Source of the DNA: a bacterium
GTDB lineage: Bacteria; RBG-13-61-14; DATKZS01
Direction: 5' to 3'
Length of the DNA: 64,000 nucleotides
NCBI GenBank assembly: GCA_963674965.2
Contig: CAXXFL010000005.1
Coordinates: forward strand, 160,001-224,000
Each line of letters starts with the position of its first letter. Position 1 is the first letter of the stretch. Position numbers and translations under genes: made by a program. The notes under the pieces are model-generated. The model was not told the DNA's origin and ran no database searches. It was given only the letters and a program-made list of their open reading frames with translations. This document shows positions 29,978 through 40,200 of the stretch, piece after piece.

Positions 29978-31048
29978 ATGGCGGCCCTGAAATTACCCCG
30001 CTTCCTTAAAAGGACGGACGAGGAAAAAATCGAGTCCGATCCCATGTCGGGCGTCGTGTTCGAGACCAGCGCCGTCTGTCAGCTCAGATGCCCCCATTGC
30101 GTCAGGATGGCCTGCGGGCAAGGTCCGTCGCCGTCCGTCATGCCCATGGCGGTCGTCGATCGGGTCCTGCCCGGCTTGCGGGATAAAGAGTCCATCGACC
30201 TTACCGGATGGGGCGAGCCCCTGCTCAACAAGGACCTCGTCGATATTATAAAAAAAATAAGGACGGGCTTTGGCGGCCGGATTACCATGACCACCAACGG
30301 CCTGTTATTGGACGAGGCCAAGACCAGGGCCCTGATCGAGCTGGGCCTGGACACGATATGCTTTTCCATGGACGCGGCGGACGAAGAGTCATACCACGCG
30401 GCCAGGCCGGGAGCGGACTGGGACCTGTTCAAGAAAAACCTCGCCTTCTTCAGCCGGATGAAGAGGAAAAGCGGCGTCGCGAATCCGCTGCTATTCGCCG
30501 CCTTCCTTCTTAGGCGCGAGGCCCTCGGTTCGGCGGCCGACTTCGTCAGGACCGCGGCCGAGCTGGGACTCGACGGAGTGGCCTTCCAGCAGCTTACCGG
30601 TCTCCTGTCCGAAAAGGACCTCGAGAGAGTCACCCACCGGGGCTACTTCGGAAACGACTTTGACGAGCGCCTATTGGACGAGGCCATGCAAAAGGCCATG
30701 GACGCCGCCCCCCCCGGCTTCACCATCGTCCTGCCCGAGACCATCGAGTCGAAAAGGGTCGGCGGCTGCGGCGGCTGGGACATAACCCGCCCCTTCATCA
30801 CGCCGGCGGGGGACGTGTCCCTTTGCTGCGCCATGGTTTACGATAACGACTTCCTCAAAAGGGATGGCGGGACGGCCCACATGCCGTCGGTGGTCTTCGG
30901 AAACCTGGCGAAAAATTCCCTGGCCCATATCTGGGACTCGCCCGAGTTCAGGAAAGTCCGGGACGAAATCAGGTCGGGAGCCGTTCCCGCGGCCTGCGGC
31001 GACTGCATCGGCCTGTACATGCGTCCCGGCCGGGTCTTTACAAAATAG
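29978..31048 (+). CDS. Radical SAM protein with SPASM/twitch domain
   Basis: CQLRCPHC, GWGEPLLN, TTNG, GDVSLCC...GNL...IWDS...CGDC motifs. Confidence 0.88.
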   Translation: MAALKLPRFLKRTDEEKIESDPMSGVVFETSAVCQLRCPHCVRMACGQGPSPSVMPMAVVDRVLPGLRDKESIDLTGWGEPLLNKDLVDIIKKIRTGFGGRITMTTNGLLLDEAKTRALIELGLDTICFSMDAADEESYHAARPGADWDLFKKNLAFFSRMKRKSGVANPLLFAAFLLRREALGSAADFVRTAAELGLDGVAFQQLTGLLSEKDLERVTHRGYFGNDFDERLLDEAMQKAMDAAPPGFTIVLPETIESKRVGGCGGWDITRPFITPAGDVSLCCAMVYDNDFLKRDGGTAHMPSVVFGNLAKNSLAHIWDSPEFRKVRDEIRSGAVPAACGDCIGLYMRPGRVFTK

Positions 31049-31070
31049 GACAAGTTCGGGCCTTCGGGTA

Positions 31071-31099
31071 TTGCATTGTTTTTTCAAGTCCCTTATAAT
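31071..31099 (+). promoter_or_regulatory. Sigma70-type promoter of the fibre gene
   Basis: TTGCAT (31071-31076), 17 bp spacer, TATAAT (31094-31099). Confidence 0.6.
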
Positions 31100-31208
31100 C
31101 TCGTATACTTACTTTATTCACGGGGAAAAAACGCTTTTGCCGCGCGCCCCCGAGGCCGAGAGCGGTCCGGCGTTTTCGTTAAGTAAAATACACTTTTAAG
31201 GAGCAAGG

Positions 31209-34154
31209 GTGATGAAAAGATACCTTAAGGCTTTTGTTGGCTTCGCGGCCGCCGCGCTGATTTCTCTTTCGGCGTCGGCCCAGACGCCCCCCTCGGAGAT
31301 AACCTACCAGGGGCGGCTATTCGATTCCACGGGATATCCGGTCTCGGGCACGGTCCTGATGGAGTTCAAGATCACCGACTACCAGTCGGAGATGCCCTCG
31401 GTGACCGACGAGCCCCATACCCTGGCGGGCGTGACGGCCGTGTCCCTTGGCCACGCTAACGTTCTCGCCACCTCGGACGTGGTCACGAGCCTTTCGGGCG
31501 CCACGGTCTACGTCCGCGCCGTGGACTATACCATCAATTACCTAAGCGGCTCGATCGCTCGGGTGGGAGGAGGCGGCATTCCCGACCCCTCCGACGTGCT
31601 GGTAGACTACTGGTACAGCCAGATGGTGACGACCCTGTGGTCCGAGACCCAGGCGGTCGAGGTGACCGACGGACTTTACTCGGTAAGGCTGGGCGCGTCC
31701 AATCCCCTGGACGCGTCCGTGCTCGAGAGCGGGGGGGCCTTCCTCGAGGTCAACGTGGAGGGACAGAGGCTTACGCCGCGCCAGCCCCTCACCAGCGTGC
31801 CCTACGCCATGATCGCCGGCAAGGTGATCGACGGCTCGAGTTCGGGGTTGGACGCGGACCTTCTGGACGGGCTCGACTCGACGGCCTTCTCCCTGGACGG
31901 GCACACTCACTCCGAGTACGCTCTTATCGGGCACACCCACACCGAGTACGCCCTCGCCGGCCACGACCACGACGCGGCGGATATAATCTCGGGCACTATT
32001 TCCAATGACCGTTTTTCAGCCTACACCGACTTGACCGACGAGGGGTGGCTGGACAATGACGGCAACCAATACGATCTTATGACGCGCGTTCAGCTTGACG
32101 CGCGCTTCGCGGCGATAAGCCATACGCATGACGCCTCGGAGTTGATCTCGGGGACCTTAGCCTACGGCCGTTTTTCCGCCTATGAAGATTTGAGCGATGA
32201 GGGGAGGCTGGACAACAACTCGGACAACGACATCCTCAGGCGCTTTCAGTCGGATGAGCGCTACGTTGAGATCACCGGGGACATTATGACCGGCGACCTG
32301 GTCATCGACGGCGCCGACCTTCAGGTCAACGGCAATATCGGGATCAATCTGGCTCCTTCCTCCACGTACGGGATCAGTATCGGCAGTCCCTTCCCTAGCT
32401 ACGGCGCCAACTTTCAGGGCACCCAGACCGGCGTCAGGGGCGAGGGCAACGGGACCGGCTCGACGACCGTTTACGGCGTTTACGGCTATGGATACAACGC
32501 CGACACCGGGGCGGTATACGGCGGTTACTTCCAGTCGGCCACCAGCGGCGGCGGCGCGCATTACGGTATCCGGGCCTATGGCGACGACTGGGCGGCCTGG
32601 CTCGAGGGCGGTCCGGTTCACGTTGGCAACTCGGGCAGCGTGAACTACGCCACCAGCGACGGCGACCTTTACGTGGAGGACGACCTCGAGGTGGATGGAG
32701 ACATCGTGGCGCCGGGGGCCATCGACGTGGACGACGTGAACTTCTACTTCGCCGGCTCCAACTCGAAAGGCGGCTCGGCCATCGGTCTCGAGTGCTCGAA
32801 CTGCGTGGACTCCTCCGAGGTCCAGTTCAATTACGCCGGCAGCTCGAGCGAGGGCGGGGCGGCCCAGGACCTTTCCTGTACCGACTGCGTGAGCGCCTCC
32901 GAGGTTTCCTTCAACTACGCCGGGAGCGGAAGCCAGGGGGGGGCGGCCAACGACCTGAGCTGCACCACCTGCGTCAACTCGAACGAGGTCGATTTCACCT
33001 ACGCCTACTCCGCCAGCAAGGGCGGGGCGGCCACGGACCTTATGTGCACGGACTGTCTGGGCGCGACGCAAATCGACGACATCTACGTTTTCAACACCTC
33101 GGACTCCATGTCCGGTTCCCTGACCGTGGGCGGCGACCTGACCGTTACGGGGGCCAACATCGGAATAGGCATGTCTCCCAGCTCGAGCTGCGCCATCGTC
33201 AACGAGGACAACCCGGCCACCAGCTACGGCGCCTACATGTACGGGACCAGCTACGGCGTAAGGGGAAGCTGGGCCTCGGACTATAGCGACCACTACGCCT
33301 ACCTCGGCTCGCAAAGCTACGGCGTTTACAGCTATTGCGGCAACAACGACGAGTCGAGCACCAGGTACGGCGGGTCCTTTTATGGAGTCAGCACCAGTAG
33401 CGCCTACGGCGTATACGCCACGGGCTACGGATACGGAAGCGGGGCGGCTTACGGCATGAGAGGATACGGTTATAACCTCAGCACCGGCGCGGCTTACGGA
33501 GGATACTTCGTCTCCAACGCGGGAAGCTCGGGCACGGACTACGCCGTGTACGCCGACGGCGAGGACTACGGACTGTACGTCTCGAGCGGTACCAAGAGCT
33601 GGGTCAACCCCGACCCCGAGGACCCCACCAAGGCCGTCGTTTACGCCACCCTCGAGGGAGGCGAGAACGGGACTTACGTGAGGGGAACGGCAACCCTCGA
33701 GAACGGAAAGGCCACCGTGGTCCTGCCCGACCACTTCCGCAAGGTCACCAACCCGGAAGAAAATATCACCGTCCAGGTCACTCCCCGCTCGGCGGCTTCC
33801 CTCGGGCTGGCCGTGACCAGCCGCTCGAACTCCGAGATCGTGGTCGAGGAGCTTTCTAGCGGGACTGGAAATTACGAGTTCGATTACATAGTCCACGGGC
33901 TCCGGCTCGGGTACGAGGATTACGAGCCCATTATCGACAACGTGGATTACGTTCCTTTCCAGGGCAACCTCGAGGCCATGGACCCCTCGGATATGACGTC
34001 CCAGGAATGGTATGACTCGAAAAGGGACGGGCTTAAGAAAATATTCAAGAAAAACGGCACATTGGATGAAAACGGCAAGGTTAACGAAAAGCTCTTCCGG
34101 GAAAAAGCCTGGAAGAACGTGAAGGTCAAAGAGCAAAAGCCGGAAGAAAAATAG
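31209..34154 (+). CDS. Secreted tail-fibre-like (putatively trimeric) adhesin
   Basis: Signal peptide ending ASA-Q; ITYQGRL...LWSETQ...GLYSVRLG...PYA N-domain; GHTH/GHDH repeats; YG-rich repeats; 28-aa CxxC repeats; C-terminal DPTK.VVYATLEG.E.GTYVRG...LPDHF domain. Confidence 0.7.
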   Translation: MMKRYLKAFVGFAAAALISLSASAQTPPSEITYQGRLFDSTGYPVSGTVLMEFKITDYQSEMPSVTDEPHTLAGVTAVSLGHANVLATSDVVTSLSGATVYVRAVDYTINYLSGSIARVGGGGIPDPSDVLVDYWYSQMVTTLWSETQAVEVTDGLYSVRLGASNPLDASVLESGGAFLEVNVEGQRLTPRQPLTSVPYAMIAGKVIDGSSSGLDADLLDGLDSTAFSLDGHTHSEYALIGHTHTEYALAGHDHDAADIISGTISNDRFSAYTDLTDEGWLDNDGNQYDLMTRVQLDARFAAISHTHDASELISGTLAYGRFSAYEDLSDEGRLDNNSDNDILRRFQSDERYVEITGDIMTGDLVIDGADLQVNGNIGINLAPSSTYGISIGSPFPSYGANFQGTQTGVRGEGNGTGSTTVYGVYGYGYNADTGAVYGGYFQSATSGGGAHYGIRAYGDDWAAWLEGGPVHVGNSGSVNYATSDGDLYVEDDLEVDGDIVAPGAIDVDDVNFYFAGSNSKGGSAIGLECSNCVDSSEVQFNYAGSSSEGGAAQDLSCTDCVSASEVSFNYAGSGSQGGAANDLSCTTCVNSNEVDFTYAYSASKGGAATDLMCTDCLGATQIDDIYVFNTSDSMSGSLTVGGDLTVTGANIGIGMSPSSSCAIVNEDNPATSYGAYMYGTSYGVRGSWASDYSDHYAYLGSQSYGVYSYCGNNDESSTRYGGSFYGVSTSSAYGVYATGYGYGSGAAYGMRGYGYNLSTGAAYGGYFVSNAGSSGTDYAVYADGEDYGLYVSSGTKSWVNPDPEDPTKAVVYATLEGGENGTYVRGTATLENGKATVVLPDHFRKVTNPEENITVQVTPRSAASLGLAVTSRSNSEIVVEELSSGTGNYEFDYIVHGLRLGYEDYEPIIDNVDYVPFQGNLEAMDPSDMTSQEWYDSKRDGLKKIFKKNGTLDENGKVNEKLFREKAWKNVKVKEQKPEEK
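32742..33077 (+). repeat. Four tandem 84-nt (28-aa) repeats F.YAGS.S.GG.A.DL.C..CV...EV
   Basis: Units start at 32742, 32826, 32910 and 32994. Confidence 0.85.
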
Positions 34155-34180
34155 ACTTTTATCGTAAATTATTCATGGGC

Positions 34181-34218
34181 AAGCCCTTCGGTCCGAGGCT
34201 ACGGTCCGAGGGGCTTTT
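34181..34218 (+). terminator. Rho-independent terminator
   Basis: AAGCCCTTCGG...CCGAGGGGCTT hairpin ending in a T run. Confidence 0.65.
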
Positions 34219-34256
34219 GTCTTAAATTTCAGAAAGTTAGTATAGGAGGCCCTCCC

Positions 34257-37200
34257 GTGAATCCAAGGTTTCTCGGTTTTGCCCTTGTCGCGCTTATGGC
34301 GCTCGTCTTTCCTCTTTCTTCCTTGGCCCAGGACTCGGACGGCGACGGAATGCCGGACTGGTGGGAAAACACCTACTTTTGCGTCAACGTCTCGGTGGCC
34401 GATTCCCTCGGGGACCCGGATATGGACGAGCTTGCCAACATGGGCGAGTACCTCCAGTCGACCAACCCCTGTTCCGCCGACTCGGACTTCGACCAGATGC
34501 CGGACGGATGGGAGGTCGATAACGGCCTCAACCCCAACGGCAACGACGCCTCGGGCGATCCGGACTCGGACCAGTTCACCAACCTTCAGGAATACAACGC
34601 CGGGTCCGACCCCCAGGACCCGGGTTCATTCCCCCTGCCGGTCATAACCTCGATCGTGCCCGAGACCATCGAGGCCGGAAGCACGGCCACGATCGATATC
34701 TATGGCGCCAACTTCAACGCCGGGGCCAGGATACTTTTCGGGGAAGGCGTTATTTTCGACGGCGACACGGTGCTCGGCTCCGGGCACATGCAAGCCCAGA
34801 TCGAGATCGAGGAAGACGCTCCCGTGGGTTTCATTACCGTCAAGGCGCTTAATGAGACCCCCTACCCGGCCATGGGGCCCGTTTATATCAACAAGCTCTA
34901 CGTCACCCGCCTGGGCATGAGCGTGACCCTTTCGCTAGAAGGGCCCGAGTCCGCGGGCGAGTGGGAGTTCGGCATGGTCGTATCCGATATCGGCAACGTG
35001 GACGGCGACTCTTATAGCGACGTGCTGGTGGGCAGGTCGCAGACGGCCTTCGCTTCGGTCTATTCCGGCGTTGACGGAAGCTTGATCTATTCACTTTCCG
35101 ATTATAACTGGGGTGAGGGCAAGGCCGCGGCGAGCCTGGGAGACATAGACGGCGACGGGCGGGACGACTTCGCGGTCGATGACGGCCAGACGGTGGTCGT
35201 GTACAGCGGGATCGACGGCGACACGATAAACGCCTTCCAGTTGGAGGACGCCAACCACCATTTTCTCAGCCTCGAGTCCATCGAGGACATGAACTCGGAC
35301 GGCAAGAGGGACCTTCTGGTGGGTAACTACGCCTGGAATTTTCCATACCAGAGCTACTTATACGGCAAGGTTTACGCCTACGACGTGGACCCTTCAAACG
35401 GCGACACCCTGCTCGATTCCTATCGCCCATGGTACGGCGGCGTGGAGTTTTTCGGTTGGGACGTAACCTCCATCTCCCGCGCCGGCAGGGACGACGTGGT
35501 CGTCGGGGCGATCCACGACCAGCAGGACACAAAGATGGACCAGTGTGGGGCCATACACGTCATGGCGGGCCTGGACGGAGCGACCCTTTTGGAAATGGCC
35601 GGCGACACGGCCTACCGGCTGCTGGGGTATTCCGTCGCGGGCATCGAGGACCTTGACGGAGACTCGGTGGGCGACTTTATCGCGGGCGGCCCGGGGAATT
35701 ACGACTTAAGCAACCTCGAGTCCCACGTCTACGTGTTTTCCGGCGCCGACGGCTCGACCATTCTCGATATAGTGGGCGAGGGAGGACAGGGGTCCTTCGG
35801 CATGGCGGTCGACGCCATCGGAGACTTGAACGGCGACGGCAAACAAGATATCGCCGTGGGATGCCGTTTTTGCCAGACGCCCCAAAAAGAGCCGGCCGGG
35901 GGAGTGTATTTTTACTCCGGCGCCGACGGGTCGCTTCTTTACGCGTCCTACGGCCTGAGCGACGAGAGCTGGTTCGGATACGACGTGGCCAACGGCGGAG
36001 ACATTGACGGCGACGGCAATGACGACCTCATCGTGGGCGCGCCGAGAGACGCTCCCGGCGGCAAGGTCCACGTGCTGGCCAAGGACACCGACGGCGACGG
36101 ACTCACCGACGGAAAAGAGAGTCTTTTCGGCACGAACGCCAACCATCCGGACACGGACCACGACGGCATGACCGACTATTACGAGTACGTCTCGGGCCTG
36201 AACCCGCTGGTTGACGACGCGGCCCTGGACCTCGACGGGGACTCGATCACGAACCTTGACGAGTTTCTTTTCGGGTCCAACGCCTCGATGGTGGACACCG
36301 ACTCGGACGGAATATCCGACCTGGTCGAGTATACCTGGAGCCGATGGGGAGCGGGCGGAAGTCCCGCGACTCGGGACTCGGACGGCGACGGGATTATTGA
36401 CCCGATCGACAACTGCTCCAATTACAACCCCGACCAGGCTGACGCGGACGACGACGGGATCGGCGACCTCTGCGACGAGGGGGGCTATTATTACTCGAAA
36501 AGCGGCGCGGCCTTCGGTGACTGGTTCGGATACTGCATCGGCGGGGGTGGAGACGTAAACAAGGACGGCGTGAACGATTATATTATTTCGGCCCAAAAGG
36601 CCCGAATCGTGGACCAGGACTCGGGCCGGGCCTACGTTTTCTCCGGCCTGGACGGCGAGACCTTATTTCAGATAGACGGGGACACCGCTTTCGCTCGGGC
36701 GGGTTTTTTCGAGAGCGCCGCCATTCTCGGCGACCTTAACGGCGACGGATACGACGACTTCGCCGTGGGTCACGGCTCGATAGGAGCGGGGCCGGCGGAG
36801 CAAGGATACTCCGTTTTTTACTCCGGGTTTGACGGCTCGACCCTTGATATTAACGGCCAATCGGGAGATTATTTCGGGAGCCAGATCACGCCCCTGGGCG
36901 ACGTGGATGGGGACGGGATTCCCGACGCCGTCATTGGCACGCGTTCCGCCTATATCCATTTTTTTTCCGGTTACGACCGCGTCAACTATTGGCTCATGCA
37001 GTTTCTCGACGGCAGGCGCTTCGGGTGGGACATGGCCAACGCCGGCGACGTGGACGGGGACGACTTTAACGACTTCGTCATCAGCTACCAGGACAAGCTC
37101 TACGTCAATGATTACCTGGCGGCTTACTCGACGGGCGACTACTCCCAGATATTCCTCAAGGAGTTCACCGACCTCGATCTGGTCCACGTGGACGGCCTGG

Positions 37201-40200
37201 GCGACGTGGACGGCGACGGCCGTTCCGATTTGTTGGCCGACCTCGAGTCTTATATCAACGCCTACTCCGGCAGGGACGGCTCGACCATATTCTCGATCGA
37301 CTCGACCCCCTCGAGTACCCACTACACCATCGGCGTGGGCGACCTGAACCACGACGGCTACAAGGACATAGCCCACGTGAACGGCGACAACGGCCACATC
37401 TTCATTTACTCCGGCCTTGACGGCGAGACCCTGGACATGAAAACCGTGGGCGCCATCGACCACGACACCGTCTCGATCGGCGCGCCGGGCGACCTTAACG
37501 GCGACGGCAAGAGCGACTTCATCGTGGGGGCCGCGGGCCCGCAGATCGGCAAGGCCTACGTCTTCCTGGCCGACGCCCTGGACGTGGACCAGGACGGAAT
37601 GCCCAACGGGTACGAGGACCGAAACGGCCTGGACAAAAACGACCCGGGCGACCGCCTCCTGGACCCTGACGGCGACGGCTTCGCGAACGTGCAGGAATTT
37701 TTCATGTTCACGCCGGCGGGCGTCGCCAACGATTCGCTTCCCGACTCGGACGGCGACGGTCTTCCCGACGTCTGGGAGCTTCACCTGGGCACGGGCATGA
37801 CGGCCTACGACGCTCTTTCCGACCCGGACGGCGACGGCATCGTCAACCTGGCCGAGTACGCGAACGGCACTTATCCGCGCGTTTCCAACTACGACATGAA
37901 CGACAAGGACGCCGACGGGTTGGCGGACCTTTGGGAAATCCTCATGGGCATCGACCCCTCGACCTCGAACGCCTTTAACGACCACGACGGCGACGGACAG
38001 CCCAACGTCATCGAGTACCAGCGCGGCTCCGACCCCCTGGCGGCCGAGCCGGTCCCCGCCTCGGAGTGCTGGTGCCAGGGCTGCGCGTTCCACCAGGGCG
38101 CCCTTTACTCGAGCACGATCTCCCTCGAGTTCGGCTATAGCGTGGACAACCCCTTCGCCGAGCTTGTCCTTTACGCCTCCTATAACCAGGGCGTCTACTC
38201 CCCGAGCTACATAGTGCCCAGCGCCGACCCCGACGGTCTGGGAGGGACCTTCTCCTTTGTCTCCGGCTACGGAGACGGACGCCACGACTTCTATACCTCG
38301 GCGGCCCTTTCCTTTTTCCTGATGGAACTGCCGCCGCCTACGCCCGACCTGACGGTCATTATCGACCGCCAGGCGCCGGACGCGAGCGTGGTCTCGCCCA
38401 CGCCCCTTTTCTCCGACGGCGCGACCGTTTCGATTTACTTTACCTCGGTTGACGCCAACGACGGCGATCCCTCGAACCGCCTCTGGTACCGATACGAGGG
38501 AGGGGCCTGGCAGGACACGGGCATGACGCTGGGCGGAACTTCCGGCTCGTTCCAGTTCGACCCCGGCGACGGTGACGGGGACTACGACTTCACCCTTACC
38601 GCGACCGATTTCCTGGGCAACGCCGACCCGTCGCCCAACTCGAGTCCTCCCGCCTCCTTCTGGACCATGACCGTCGACACCAGCGCGCCGGCGTCTTTCG
38701 CGGTATTCGACGGCCTGGTCCCCGGCGCGGACCAGGATTACTCGGTGGACTCGAGCGCCCTGGCCGCCAACTGGACGGCCTCGAGTCCCCCTCCTCCCGC
38801 CGGCCTGGACCGCTACGACTGGGCCCTGGGCACGGCTCCTTACCCGTCGTCCGGCTGGGACGAGGTCATGGGCTGGACCGACGACTACGTGGTCGACGGC
38901 GGGAGTTACCTTTACGTTTCCTGCAACCAGATCACCTGTCCCGGCGTCCAGTTCCTGGAGGGCGAGACCTATTACTTCAGCGTGAGGGCCGTGAGCGGGT
39001 CGGGCGTCGAGACGTTGGCGCTCAGCGACGGGATCAAGATCGACTCCGAGGCCCCGGTCATCGACTACTCGTCTCCGGCCCACCGCGAGCTGATTTTCGG
39101 CCAGCTCGTGGGCAGCGACGTGATCCTGTCGGCCCTCTCCGCCTCGGTCCATCTGGACGACGGCTCCGGCTCGGGCCTTGACTGGGACACCCTCGAGATC
39201 ACGCTGGATTTCGACTCGGTCTCGGGGACCACCGTGGGCGACACGGTGAGCTTTTCCGGCTCGGACCTGTATCAGGGCAACCACGTGATCAACGTCCAGG
39301 TCTCGGACCTGGCCGGCAACGATCTAAACCGCAACGTCATCTTCACCGTCGAGGACCCCAGGCGCGTGATTGTCAACCCGACCCTGGCCGAGTGGGTCCC
39401 GGGCGACGGGCCCATCGCCTTCACGGCCGACGGCGGCACGGGAGGCTACAGGTGGGTGGCCACCGGCGGCTCTCTCGACTCGGTCACGGCCGAGGAGGTT
39501 TCCTATACCCCGGGCGGCGACCCGGGCGCCTACCTGGTGGCGGTTTCCGACTCGAGGCTGACCAGCGCCCAGGCGACGGTGGTGCTGCGCGGCGAGGTCT
39601 CGGTCTCTCCGGCCCTGGCCCGTCTGAATCATGGAGACACGCTTACCTTCCTGGCCGACGGCGGGACCGGAGTCTTCCAGTGGACCGCGGCCGGGGGCTC
39701 CTGCTACCTTAGCGGGGACCGGAACGAGGCCTGCCTCTTCACCGCCGGCGTGACGGACGGAGAATACTCGATCCGGGCCCAGGAGCAAGGGGGCAACTCC
39801 TTTACCAGCCGCCTGGTGATAGTCGGGTCGGTGGGCCGGGCCGTCATCGTGGTGGGCGGCGGGCTGGCCGACTCGAACGGCCAGGTCGAGGCCTCCAACC
39901 AGATGGGACACTACGTCTACGAGACGCTTCTCGCGAGGGGTTTCTCTCCCGAGCAGATCATGTACCTGAACCCCGACCCCACCCAGTTATACGACGGGAA
40001 TGGGGACGGCTTCTCCGACGACGTGGACGGCGAGCCCACGCCGGCTTCCCTCCAAAACGCCATCGTGACCTGGGCCTCGACCGCCCAGGGACCAAACGCT
40101 CCCCCCGTCGGGCCCGGCGCGCCTCTTGTCCTTTACATGCTCGACCACGGGGCCGACGACTCCTTTTTAATCAACTTCGACGCCTCCGGCATGGGTCAGG

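Noticed and set aside
31209-34154. Prophage remnant
   Set aside because: The fibre gene has a Sec signal, host-like codon usage and its own promoter and terminator; no integrase, capsid or terminase nearby.
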